Shown: piece by piece, positions 17,244 to 27,010 of the stretch | Layout of the letters: each line of letters begins with the position of its first letter | Position numbering within the stretch: position 1 is the stretch's first letter | From: a virus | Lineage: Duplodnaviria > Caudoviricetes | Virus record (IMG/VR): IMGVR_UViG_3300032257_000043 | Span: 1 to 39,556 of that record | Direction: 5' to 3' (one strand) | Length of the DNA stretch: 39,556 nt | Notes under the pieces: model-generated | The model's input: the letters and a program-made list of their open reading frames with translations, nothing else | What the model was told of the DNA's origin: nothing | Databases searched by the model: none | Position numbers and translations under genes: made by a program

Positions 17244-18159
17244 AGTAATCCTTTGCAAAGAGGAATCAACGTACAATACAGATGCCGCACCTACTGCTTC
17301 TGCTGATGCAATATTAATCTCCAACCCTTCGTGGGCCAATGAAGGCTTAAGAATGATTGAGCGTGATATTGTTAAATCAACACTCGGTAAAAAGAAAAGT
17401 ATTTTTGGTGGAACATTAAAAACCGTTACGTTTGATGTTGAAATCAAAGGCTCTGGTACAGCAGGCACAGCACCCGATTTAGGTGTGTTGTTGGAAATCT
17501 GCGGTTTCACTGAAACGGTTGTCGCGGTAACGTCTGTTACTTATGACCCTGAATCTGCACCAGCTTCGATGAAGTCAGGTACATTATGGTATTACCAAGA
17601 CGGCTTGATTCATAAGCTCACTGGTTGTCGAGGCAATGTTACTTGTAATCTTGAAACCGGCAATGTCGGTATGTTTTCTTTCACAATCACAGGTCATTCA
17701 GTAGCGCCTGTTGACGGTGCGATTGTAACACCGACTGTTGATGCTACCGATCCGGTTGCTATTGTTGGTACGTCATTCACTATTGATTCGTATGCTGCCA
17801 CTATCAACTCATTGGCATTCGACATGAGCAATACGGTGTCAACGCCTCCTGACATGAATGCGTCTGATGGTTTTGGTGAGATTTATATTGCTCAACGTGA
17901 CCCCAACGGCACATTTGATCCAGAAATGGAGCTGGTTGCTACCGAAGATTTTTATGGCAATTTCAGTTCAGGTGCAGCTATGGCTTTAACTACTGGTGCA
18001 ATCGGCGCGACTGCTGGTAATATTGTCACAGTGACCATGCCTGCTGTTTCATACCGTGATATTTCTCCCGGTGATCGTGATGGTATCAGAACATACGAGC
18101 TTGCTTATGGTGCTGCTGAATCATCAGGCGACGACCAAGTAGCTATCGCATTTACCTAA
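17227..18159 (+). CDS. major tail tube protein
   Basis: K.ESTY.TD..PT, GSG.AGTAP..G.LL..CG; acidic; precedes chaperone and tape measure. Confidence 0.85.
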   Translation: MLTSREVILCKEESTYNTDAAPTASADAILISNPSWANEGLRMIERDIVKSTLGKKKSIFGGTLKTVTFDVEIKGSGTAGTAPDLGVLLEICGFTETVVAVTSVTYDPESAPASMKSGTLWYYQDGLIHKLTGCRGNVTCNLETGNVGMFSFTITGHSVAPVDGAIVTPTVDATDPVAIVGTSFTIDSYAATINSLAFDMSNTVSTPPDMNASDGFGEIYIAQRDPNGTFDPEMELVATEDFYGNFSSGAAMALTTGAIGATAGNIVTVTMPAVSYRDISPGDRDGIRTYELAYGAAESSGDDQVAIAFT

Positions 18160-18205
18160 AAATAGGTGCATAATACCTATTTATTAAACAATGAATAGGT
18201 GATTT

Positions 18206-18541
18206 ATGGTCCAAGCGCTTGAAGTAATCAGTGAATTTGATTTTGTATGTGATGTTGACAAGGATGATGACGGCAATAACAAGGCTGATGCAACTATCTG
18301 GAAACTACGAGCGCTTACCGGCATGGAATGGGTAAGATGTTCATCAACAGGTCGTGTAAATCACGAATTAGTTGTTAATATCGGGCTTGTTGGCTGGTCT
18401 AATTTCTTAGATAAAGACGGAAAACCAATCGAATATTGTTTGGCTAATATGTCTCGTATCCCTTCTGGTGTGCTTGTTGATATTTTCTTGAAGATTGATC
18501 AAGTATCTACTCTAGGAGAAGAAGAAAGAAAAAACTCATAA
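18206..18541 (+). CDS. tail assembly chaperone (gpG-like)
   Basis: Position; ends EEERKNS* over a slippery site. Confidence 0.8.
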   Translation: MVQALEVISEFDFVCDVDKDDDGNNKADATIWKLRALTGMEWVRCSSTGRVNHELVVNIGLVGWSNFLDKDGKPIEYCLANMSRIPSGVLVDIFLKIDQVSTLGEEERKNS

Positions 18542-18831
18542 TCGCAATCGAGGTCTATGCTAATCCAGATAGATTCGATTGTGAGAAATGCGGCCATAGA
18601 CATTGTGATACAGAAAAGGAGATAAAAGGCTCAAATGGTTCGGCAGGTTATAAGCTGCACACCATTAAAGGATTAGGAGACTTTGATACGTGTCTTCTAC
18701 CAATGATTACGGATAGCAGTAATTATATGTTAAAATTGCATAAGCACTATTCAAATGGTGTTCTAATGCGATCAGGCGGGTTACTTGACCAGCCTAATTA
18801 TTATCTTGAGGCGATGGAGATTATCGGCTAA
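18529..18831 (+). CDS. -1 frameshift extension of the tail chaperone (gpGT-like)
   Basis: A AAA AAC at 18529-18535; -1 frame open to TAA 18829-18831 (LIIAIEV..CEKC..GGLLDQP..EAMEIIG), coupled to the tape measure ATG. Confidence 0.85.
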   Translation, partial: KKLIIAIEVYANPDRFDCEKCGHRHCDTEKEIKGSNGSAGYKLHTIKGLGDFDTCLLPMITDSSNYMLKLHKHYSNGVLMRSGGLLDQPNYYLEAMEIIG

Positions 18832-20813
18832 TGGTTACAGAAACACATAACGTCGATTTCACAGCCAAAGATAAAACAAAATCTGCTACCGCTTCGGTTA
18901 GCAAAAACTTCGATAAAGTATCATCCAAAGCAGACGGTCTTGCTGGTCGTTTTCGCAATATGGCGAGAGCGACAGCAGCCGTTCGTGGTCCGTTAGATGG
19001 TGTGGCGGCTCGTATGTCATCGGTTGGCTCGTTAATCGGTAATGTATCGCTTAAATGGGTTGCGATGGGAACAGCAATCGCTGGTGCTTCTGTAGTCCTT
19101 AAAAAATCAATCGGTGTATTTACTGAATACGAGCAATCAATGCTTGGTATTAATGCGCTGATTGAGCGTACTGGCGGTGCTGCTGGCGTTACCGGACAGC
19201 AAATATCCGATATGGCTGAAAGGATTGGTCGTGATACGTTGGCGTCTGCTAGTGAAGTGCGCGACGCAGCCGCTATCATGCTGACGTTTAAATCTGTTAC
19301 AGGCGACGCATTCACCCGATCAGTTGAGTTAGCGCAAGACATGGCCGCTGTCATGAAGCAGGACCTTAACTCGTCTGTTAAGCAGCTTGGTAAGGTTTTA
19401 GAAGACCCAATTCGTAATCTCTCTGCTTTAAATCGATCTGGCGTTTCATTTACTGCCACTCAAACCGCCATGATTAAGAAAATGGTTGAAATGGGCGATA
19501 AAGCAGGCGCACAAACTCAAATTATGGATATATTAGCAGGACAGCTAGGCGGTTATGGTGCTGCCGAGGGCGCTGGTGTTGCTGGTGCGATTGATTTAGT
19601 CGGTGAAAACTGGACGCTATTAATGCGTAAGATCGGTCAAACAGGTATTGCTAAGGAAGCGGCTGAATGGATGAAGCAATTGGCCAACGGCATGAGAAAT
19701 GTGGCTGAAAATATTGATCCTACACTACAGGAAGCATATAACCAGAAATTAAAAGAATTACATGCGCTGGAAGATGAGGGCGCTAATGCAAGAGGTAGAA
19801 ATGCAGAATCCCTTAAAAATCAACACTGGCTTAAAAAACAACAGATACATTTAGAGCTGTCTTTATTAACGCAGCAGTTAAATGCCGAAAAAGAAGTCAA
19901 CGACGCATTTGAGGCCGATGCAGTCATGATGGCTGAGGTTAATGCTCAAAATGAAGCGGCGGCAGTTAAATTTTTAAAATCAGAGGAAGATAAGAGAAAA
20001 GCGATAGAGCGTACTGCAAAAGCAAGACAATCGGCGGCTGATAAGTTTGGTGAACAGATTAAAAAAGAAGCAGATCAGGCGCGTCATCAAGGTATGGAAA
20101 AACTGGCTGTCGAAGATGAAGTCTTTGCTAATAAAATGTTCAAGCTGGAAGAAAATCACGCAGCAGAGCTATTATCGGATGAAGAATTTTTTACTCAGTC
20201 TGAATTATTAGAGCAGGCTCATCAGGACCGAAAAACAGCAATTCAGAAAGACGCTGACGAGCAAAGACTTAAGAATGCAGAGCAAGTAAATTCGATGATT
20301 GTTAATTCGTCATTTGCACTAGCTAATGATTTGACCAGATTAGGTCAGGCGGCAGCCGGTGAAGATGAAGCATTGCAGCGTAAGTTGTTTATTTTCTCAA
20401 AGGCGATTGCGGTTGCTCAAATTATTGTAAGCACAATGGTTGCAGCGGCAAAAGCAGACGCACTTGTTCCCGGTAGCGGCACAGCAGTTGCAGCTCTTGG
20501 TTATACTAGGGCAGCAGTAGTAGGCGCAACCAGTGTTATCGAGGCAGGGGCAAGAGAGCATGGCGGGCCTGTCATTGCTGGAAGACCGTATAAAGTTGGT
20601 GAGCGTGGTCCTGAAATATTTACACCGACCCAATCAGGACAGATTATTAATAACAAAACAATCAGTAATCAAGGCGGCACGACGTTTGCACCAGTCTATA
20701 ATCTTCAAGTGCTGGATTCAGAAGGGGTTGATAGAGTGCTGGCCGAGCATAGTGAAAAATTCTATAATACTATGCAAATGAACATGTTTCAAAACGGGCA
20801 GAGCTTCGCATAA
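18831..20813 (+). CDS. tail tape measure protein
   Basis: 660 aa Ala-rich helical; A.DKT N-terminus, QLGK.L.DP..L.RSG, C-terminal GGPV..Y.VGERGPE.F.P. Confidence 0.92.
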   Translation: MVTETHNVDFTAKDKTKSATASVSKNFDKVSSKADGLAGRFRNMARATAAVRGPLDGVAARMSSVGSLIGNVSLKWVAMGTAIAGASVVLKKSIGVFTEYEQSMLGINALIERTGGAAGVTGQQISDMAERIGRDTLASASEVRDAAAIMLTFKSVTGDAFTRSVELAQDMAAVMKQDLNSSVKQLGKVLEDPIRNLSALNRSGVSFTATQTAMIKKMVEMGDKAGAQTQIMDILAGQLGGYGAAEGAGVAGAIDLVGENWTLLMRKIGQTGIAKEAAEWMKQLANGMRNVAENIDPTLQEAYNQKLKELHALEDEGANARGRNAESLKNQHWLKKQQIHLELSLLTQQLNAEKEVNDAFEADAVMMAEVNAQNEAAAVKFLKSEEDKRKAIERTAKARQSAADKFGEQIKKEADQARHQGMEKLAVEDEVFANKMFKLEENHAAELLSDEEFFTQSELLEQAHQDRKTAIQKDADEQRLKNAEQVNSMIVNSSFALANDLTRLGQAAAGEDEALQRKLFIFSKAIAVAQIIVSTMVAAAKADALVPGSGTAVAALGYTRAAVVGATSVIEAGAREHGGPVIAGRPYKVGERGPEIFTPTQSGQIINNKTISNQGGTTFAPVYNLQVLDSEGVDRVLAEHSEKFYNTMQMNMFQNGQSFA

Positions 20814-21502
20814 TGGCTGATTATCCAACATCAGACGCTAAATCATTAGGTTTAGAGTCGAATATCAAAGAAGGTCAGTATACCTCTGAGTCAGGTGCTA
20901 TGCAGGCTCGGCGATATGGCGCACAGCGTTTCTCTGTAACCATGCAGCACCCACCATTAACGAAAGCTGAAATGATGCCTATTGATGCGTTTATTAAATC
21001 GCTACGAGGTCGGGCTAATAGTTGTGAATTAATTTTGCCTGACAAAGCTGATCCATTAGGCGCGATTGATGGCAGTAGCACGCCGGTTTTAAATAGCGCA
21101 CGCGCAAGGGGTAGTAGTTCGATTGCGATCGATGGTTTAGTTGCCAGCGTTACGGGTATTTTTAACGCGGGCGATATGATTAATTTCGGCAATCATACAA
21201 AGGCTTATAAAATTGTTTCGACAGTTGATTCTGAGGCGCATGACGCAATAGCGAAAGCTGACGGCACAGGCGTTTTATTAAAAGCTGATGGCAGCGGCGA
21301 TTCGTTGTTGATGACTCGCGCAAATCAGGCAATCTTAACGATTTTCCCGCCATTGGTTGAAGATGTTGCAGACGGTCAAAGCGTTGTCTATGGCTCAGGC
21401 TTTAGGCTCACTGTAAAAATGAAAGGCGACCAACAAAATTACATGGTTGAACCGCCTAATATTTATTCTAAACAAGTTAATTTTCTGGAGTATGTTGCGT
21501 AA
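20813..21502 (+). CDS. distal tail (Dit/gpM-like) protein, copy A
   Basis: Directly after tape measure; SESG..Q.R..QRF..PPL..AF..LRG pattern with an inserted beta domain. Confidence 0.7.
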   Translation: MADYPTSDAKSLGLESNIKEGQYTSESGAMQARRYGAQRFSVTMQHPPLTKAEMMPIDAFIKSLRGRANSCELILPDKADPLGAIDGSSTPVLNSARARGSSSIAIDGLVASVTGIFNAGDMINFGNHTKAYKIVSTVDSEAHDAIAKADGTGVLLKADGSGDSLLMTRANQAILTIFPPLVEDVADGQSVVYGSGFRLTVKMKGDQQNYMVEPPNIYSKQVNFLEYVA

Positions 21503-22011
21503 TGGCTGATGCAAAAGTGGGTGACGGCACACAGATAACAAACATGCCATTAACCGGCAAGATGTATGTTGATGATTCCGGTGTTGATAAATATGTTGAT
21601 TTTGATGATCTGACGGAAACCGGAACATTCACGCCGACTTTAGGTGATGGAACTAATGATTACACCTTATCAACAGCTACAGGAAATTACACTAGAATAG
21701 GAAAGCAAGTAACAGCATATATTAATATAACATGGACAGACTTAGGTAGCGCGGGAGGAACTATTTTAAGGGTTGGTGGATTGCCTTATGCCGCAACATC
21801 TGCGGCAGGATTCAGGGCTGGCACAAACCTAGCGTATGTCGATGGATTAGATAATGGCGCTGGAAAACAAATAACCGGCTGGTTAGCTGCGAGCGTAGAT
21901 TACATTAGTTTTTATCTAATAAACGATAATGCCGCTCCTTCGTCTTTGCTTGCCAACTCATCTAATAGCACTGGTATTTTACAACTTAGTGTAAGCTATC
22001 AGGCCGCCTAA
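21502..22011 (+). CDS. small tail-tip/fibre protein A (putative receptor-binding)
   Basis: MADAKV N-terminus; ETGTFTPT..G.YTRIG..V..GLPY fibre C-terminal-type domain. Confidence 0.65.
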   Translation: MADAKVGDGTQITNMPLTGKMYVDDSGVDKYVDFDDLTETGTFTPTLGDGTNDYTLSTATGNYTRIGKQVTAYINITWTDLGSAGGTILRVGGLPYAATSAAGFRAGTNLAYVDGLDNGAGKQITGWLAASVDYISFYLINDNAAPSSLLANSSNSTGILQLSVSYQAA

Positions 22012-22685
22012 TGTCAGCCTTACCCTATCAATCCTTTGCAAAATACACCCTAACGGATAACCAGCCGACGTTATTTAGTGACAGTGATTCTGGTAAAACT
22101 ATTGATCGCCATGTAAACGGGCATTTAGCATCTTTTAATATTTCTTATCCGAAATTATTAAATACACAATTTGCAGAGCTTGATGGTTTTTTAACGGATG
22201 CTTCAACTTATAAAAGCTTTACCATCACGCTGCCTGATAGAGAGCCTTTAGGGGTTGCAACTGGCACGCCGTTAGTTAATACAGACTCAGGCGGTTATGC
22301 TAAAGGAATTAGCTCAATAAATGTCGATGGATTCACGGCTAATACAACGGATATTTTAAAGGCCGGTGATATTTTAAAGTTTGCGAACCATACGCACGTT
22401 TATACAAACATAACTGATGTTGATAGCAGTGTTGGCTCTATCGCACTAGAAGACGGTACAGGTGTTTTATTACTCGAAGGCGGAACGACTGATGAGCTAT
22501 TATTAGAAATCTCAGGACAAGCAACATTAACCATCGAGCCGCCATTAAAACAATCGATTACAGATAATGAAGCACTCACGGTCACAAATGTTCCTTTTAC
22601 GATTCGCCGCACTAAGCCCCATCAATCAATGGTAACGCCACCCTATATCTATGATTTTAATTTTAACGCTATCGAGGTTTCATAA
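22011..22685 (+). CDS. distal tail (Dit-like) protein, copy B
   Basis: Paralogue of 20813-21502: LPD..PLG, AGD..F.NHT..Y, DGTGVLL, LTI.PPL. Confidence 0.7.
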   Translation: MSALPYQSFAKYTLTDNQPTLFSDSDSGKTIDRHVNGHLASFNISYPKLLNTQFAELDGFLTDASTYKSFTITLPDREPLGVATGTPLVNTDSGGYAKGISSINVDGFTANTTDILKAGDILKFANHTHVYTNITDVDSSVGSIALEDGTGVLLLEGGTTDELLLEISGQATLTIEPPLKQSITDNEALTVTNVPFTIRRTKPHQSMVTPPYIYDFNFNAIEVS

Positions 22686-23191
22686 TGGCTGATACTAAAA
22701 CAAGTGCTTTAACTGCATTAACTGGAATGTCACTGACAGATAAATTGTACGTTAGTAATTCTGGAACAGATAAACATATTCCTTTTGATGAATTCACAGA
22801 AACCGGAACATTTACACCAACAATAGAAGGCACGACCACGGCAGGAACACAGACATACACAACACAGGCCGGACATTATGAGCGAATAGGTAGGCTGGTT
22901 CATTACAGCGTCCTTATTATATTGTCGGCAAAAGACGGCGCTACAAGCGGCAGTCTTGTTGTAGAAGGGCTTCCATACACAGCAAATGCAGGCATATATT
23001 CGCCATCAGCAATTTCATATACAGCAAACATTACGTTAACATCGAGTTATTTTATTAACGGGTATGTTAAGGCAGGTACAACACAGATAACTTTATTTGA
23101 GTCAGATGGCACTACATTAGCAGCGTTAACAATTGCCGATTTAAACGCCACTTCGCAAATTATGCTTTCTGGCTGTTATAGAGCCGCCTAA
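22685..23191 (+). CDS. small tail-tip/fibre protein B (putative receptor-binding)
   Basis: Paralogue of 21502-22011: LT.K.YV..SG.DK..FD..TETGTFTPT, RIG, GLPY. Confidence 0.65.
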   Translation: MADTKTSALTALTGMSLTDKLYVSNSGTDKHIPFDEFTETGTFTPTIEGTTTAGTQTYTTQAGHYERIGRLVHYSVLIILSAKDGATSGSLVVEGLPYTANAGIYSPSAISYTANITLTSSYFINGYVKAGTTQITLFESDGTTLAALTIADLNATSQIMLSGCYRAA

Positions 23192-26100
23192 TGTCTACTC
23201 GCGGTTATTCAACAGCAGGCATTGCGGCCTTAAACTCAAATCCAGAATTTTATCAGTTGATAAAGTTAGATTTTGACACGCCATTATATTTAACGACTTG
23301 CCCTTATGATCTTGAGTATGACGGTCAGACTTGGTTAAGCTCTGCCATTATATCAGAGCTGCCAACGGTTAAAGAATCGCTTGCCATGAAGCCTAACAAT
23401 ATCCCTATTGTGATGGATGGCGCGGCTTTAGTTAATCAGGCTTTAACTTTTGAAAATTACAATAATGCCGAGGTTTTAATCTATCGCTATTTAGTCGCAA
23501 CAGCGGAAACCGTACAAGAATATAAGGGATTTATTCAAACTTATAAAAAGTCAGAAAATAAACAAGCCGGTAAATCTACTATCACTTGGTCGGTAGCCGG
23601 TCATTGGTTTGATTGGGATAGGCGCTATGGTCGGATTATTAGCGATCAAGAACAACAAAGCCTCCACACTGGCGACAGATTCTTTGAATATTTCCATTTA
23701 ACTGATGAGTCTATTAATGATTGGGCCGAGGCCGACCCAGATTTTGGCGGGTTTGTTGGAAATCTGATCGCCAATGTTGCTGAACATGCTGGGCAGATTG
23801 TTGTTGATATAATAGACGGGACAGATCAATTTCTTGGTCATTTTGGTTTAGGTAGTGGCGATGACGGCGACCACGTTACATCACAGAAAATAAATGTTGA
23901 TGAGCATGTCGGTAACGCGATTGATCCTAAATCGAAAATTAAACGATTGCCAGTGGCTTATGGGGAATGCAGAGCCAAAGGCGTGCCAATTTTCAGAAGT
24001 CTTGACCCCGCCAACAAAGAGTTTTTATATGTTGTTAGCGCGATCTCAGAAGGCACAATAGACGGCTTAACAGGTAACAAAGTCGAGTTTAAAAACAGCG
24101 AGCCTTATAACTCAACAAGGCTGACTTCTTATTGTACATTGGTTGCAGAATATGACGGCTCACAAACCACAGCCGATAGTACGCTGGTTAGCGTGTTTGG
24201 CTCATCCGGTACGGGCACAGGCTATTTAACAAGCGCGGCACACTCAGAAGACGACACGGTTATTTCTGTTGATACTGGAACTGGCACTATTTTAATTGGT
24301 GATATTGTTTATTTTGGTACTGATACGACAAGGATGTATTCTGTATCGGTAGCGTTAAGCGGTGGCTCATTTACTATTGCTGGTGGATTAAGCGCGGACG
24401 TTGCAGATAATGCCGCTGTTACGGTTCGGTCTATCTGGTCGGCTGATCATGTTGGTAATGGTGTCGCTTATGTTGTGATGAAGTATAAAAAATCGAGCGT
24501 ATGGCAAGGAGAGCCAAAGCCTGCCTTTGTTTTAAAGGGAAAACATATTTATGACCCGCGTGATGGCACGACAGCTTATAGCGCAAATCCTGCTTTAATT
24601 ACTTATGATCTTTTAGTAAATACCTTATATGGCAAATCTGTACCAACAGCAGAGATTGATTCTGCCAGTTTTATTAGTGCGGCAGACTTGGCAGAAACAA
24701 CAAATAATGATCACGGCGGTGAAGATGGGGGTGGTGTTGCGGCGATTGATTTATTCTCATTTGACGGCTCATTGATTACTAACAATCCATTAAGAGATAA
24801 TATCGAAAAAGTTTTATTTAACTGTCGCGGCCATCTAACGCATGTTGCCGGTCAATATAAAATCATTTGTGAGCAAACAAGCGAAACCTCTGTTTATTCT
24901 TTTGATGAAGACAATATACAAGGTGATTTTGAAGTCTCTGAAACACCAGCAACCGCGCAATATAATCATGTTTTATATGAAATCATTGCGCCCGATTTTG
25001 ATTATCGTCCTTGGGTTGAGCAACAAAAATCCGCTACTTATTTAGCCAATGACAATAACAAGCCATCGGTTAAAATATTTAAGAATATTTACGAACGCAA
25101 TCGTTACAGGGCAAAGAATCGCGCTGCTACGATTATGAAGAAATCACGCGAGGGAATACGCGTAAAACTCACGGCCTCTAATGCTGATGCAATGAGTATC
25201 GAGTGCGGTCAGATTGTCGATATTACCCGCGATTCAGAAGGCTGGACTAATAAGCTATTTCGCGTTACTTCAATGACGATAGCCAAAGATGCAACGTGTA
25301 GTTTCAATCTATCTGAATATGAAAGCTCTGTTTATGACTGGTCGGTTAGCGTTGAAGATACACCGCCTATTGATACCGATTTGCCTGATCCGAGCTATAT
25401 TAAGCCGCCTACTGGATTGCTCGCTGTTTCAGGTTCAGCTAATCAGGTAACAACGGATGACGGTGCGGCAGAGAATCGAATTAAGGTAAGCTGGACTGCG
25501 CCTGCTGATGAATACGTTGAAGGCTACGAGGTTCAATATCGTGCTGTTGGCGACACAACATGGATTCAACTACCGACACAAACCAGCATTGATGACGTGA
25601 CTTTATTTATCCCGAAAGTTGATGAAGATCAAGACTACGAGGTTCGTGTAAGGTCATATAATGCTCAAGGCACTGTATCGGCATGGGTGGCTTTGGGTGC
25701 GGCTCATACGGTTACTGGTGAGGTAGCTATAGGTCGTTTGGCTCAGATTCGCGGGGCTATGGCATATGAAAATTCCTCTATATATTGGACAACTTTTTTT
25801 GAATCATTAGACGCTTATTTTACTACTGGAACAGTATCGGTAAGTAGCATAGGTGTTGCTATGAATGGATCTACCTCATCTCAAGCATTATTATGGAAAG
25901 AGATAATAAGACCAATAGTAGAGCCAACATGGGCTAAGAACAGGCGATTTAAAACAACTATCTGGTTAGGTTATGCGACATTTTCAAATACATCAGGCGA
26001 CACCCATGCAGGAATCGGATCAACAATAACAACTGATAATTTTGTGGGGTTTGCATTTAAATGGAATGGTGGCACGTCTTCGATTGATGTATACGCTAAA

Positions 26101-26379
26101 ACAGGCCGTGATTCTGTTGGCACTACAGAAACATTAATGACATCAATAGCATCGACAGCAGGAGAAGAAATTGAAATAGAAGCAATTTATACAGCCGGTA
26201 CAAATGCTGTGTTTTATGTCGATGGCGGAAGTGAGACTACTATAACAACCAACTTACCAACTGATACTGGAACGCCAACCGCAGACGCAGCAAAAACAAT
26301 TTTTATAAAATTACCAACAACAACAACAGGAACAACTACGCATGGCGTTGGAGAATGGCGATTTCTTCAAGAGCAATAA
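23191..26379 (+). CDS. tail tip/hub protein: gpL-like N-terminus fused to gpJ-like body, FN3 domain and beta-rich C-terminus
   Basis: LPVAYG, ISEG.I, KGK.IYDPR..YS.NPAL..YD, SWTAP..GYEVQYR..YEVRVRS.N. Confidence 0.85.
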   Translation: MSTRGYSTAGIAALNSNPEFYQLIKLDFDTPLYLTTCPYDLEYDGQTWLSSAIISELPTVKESLAMKPNNIPIVMDGAALVNQALTFENYNNAEVLIYRYLVATAETVQEYKGFIQTYKKSENKQAGKSTITWSVAGHWFDWDRRYGRIISDQEQQSLHTGDRFFEYFHLTDESINDWAEADPDFGGFVGNLIANVAEHAGQIVVDIIDGTDQFLGHFGLGSGDDGDHVTSQKINVDEHVGNAIDPKSKIKRLPVAYGECRAKGVPIFRSLDPANKEFLYVVSAISEGTIDGLTGNKVEFKNSEPYNSTRLTSYCTLVAEYDGSQTTADSTLVSVFGSSGTGTGYLTSAAHSEDDTVISVDTGTGTILIGDIVYFGTDTTRMYSVSVALSGGSFTIAGGLSADVADNAAVTVRSIWSADHVGNGVAYVVMKYKKSSVWQGEPKPAFVLKGKHIYDPRDGTTAYSANPALITYDLLVNTLYGKSVPTAEIDSASFISAADLAETTNNDHGGEDGGGVAAIDLFSFDGSLITNNPLRDNIEKVLFNCRGHLTHVAGQYKIICEQTSETSVYSFDEDNIQGDFEVSETPATAQYNHVLYEIIAPDFDYRPWVEQQKSATYLANDNNKPSVKIFKNIYERNRYRAKNRAATIMKKSREGIRVKLTASNADAMSIECGQIVDITRDSEGWTNKLFRVTSMTIAKDATCSFNLSEYESSVYDWSVSVEDTPPIDTDLPDPSYIKPPTGLLAVSGSANQVTTDDGAAENRIKVSWTAPADEYVEGYEVQYRAVGDTTWIQLPTQTSIDDVTLFIPKVDEDQDYEVRVRSYNAQGTVSAWVALGAAHTVTGEVAIGRLAQIRGAMAYENSSIYWTTFFESLDAYFTTGTVSVSSIGVAMNGSTSSQALLWKEIIRPIVEPTWAKNRRFKTTIWLGYATFSNTSGDTHAGIGSTITTDNFVGFAFKWNGGTSSIDVYAKTGRDSVGTTETLMTSIASTAGEEIEIEAIYTAGTNAVFYVDGGSETTITTNLPTDTGTPTADAAKTIFIKLPTTTTGTTTHGVGEWRFLQEQ

Positions 26380-26413
26380 TTACGACCATGATTAGCATGA
26401 TATTCTTGTTATA

Positions 26414-26869
26414 TCAGAAATAAACGCAGCTATAAAAAAAGTTTGATTGATGAGAGCCGTGCTTATTTCCAGTTAATTGATCAAGAATATAATGTACTAA
26501 TTCATGCCTATAAACATAGATAGAATGATCATTATAGTAAGGGCTGTCTTTATCTAATATTGCGATCAAATCCCCATAATATCTACCCTGACTGTTTGTA
26601 TCTTCAATCTGATAAACAGAGAAAACCATCAAATCGATATAAAAAGCATACCCATTGTAGTTATTATTTAGCGGTTCTCTCCATTGGTCGGTTATACACT
26701 GATAAACACTATTAAATTCTTTATCAAGATCATAGCCTGATATTGTATAACCGCTATATTCAATGCCTAAAGTCGTAACACCATCTATCTCATACCCATA
26801 ACCATGATTATTATCGGTATCAATACAACCACTCACCATAAAAGCAATTACTAATATTAATGTTCTCAT
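26414..26869 (-). CDS. lipoprotein with HExxH zinc-metallopeptidase motif
   Basis: Signal peptide ending VSGC (lipobox); HELVH; GGGAG RBS. Confidence 0.75.
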   Translation of the reverse strand: MRTLILVIAFMVSGCIDTDNNHGYGYEIDGVTTLGIEYSGYTISGYDLDKEFNSVYQCITDQWREPLNNNYNGYAFYIDLMVFSVYQIEDTNSQGRYYGDLIAILDKDSPYYNDHSIYVYRHELVHYILDQLTGNKHGSHQSNFFYSCVYF

Positions 26870-26911
26870 AATTATTCTCCCTGTTTATTAAACTATAGCC
26901 TAGATGCTGGT

Positions 26912-27010
26912 TTATGTTTGTAAGGATTTTCTCAAATCTCTGTAGTATTTCGTTATCTCTCTAATATCATCGAGAGTAAGCTTTTGTGGCTCATGGTGCG
27001 ATTCTAGCTA
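26912..27010 (-). pseudogene. orphaned 3' end of an ancestral ninG
   Basis: (TAG)LESHHEPQKLTLDDIREITKYYRDLRKSLQT* resembles the NinG C-terminus after WLE. Confidence 0.7.

Noticed and set aside
18821-19459. 212-aa antisense ORF and similar shadow ORFs (11093-11557, 14233-15345, 17148-17510, 31029-31310)
   Set aside because: They overlap well-supported genes and have no recognisable motifs; expected from codon structure
21502-23191. Diversity-generating retroelement TR/VR pair in the duplicated tip genes
   Set aside because: No reverse transcriptase in the window; copies diverge throughout rather than only at adenines
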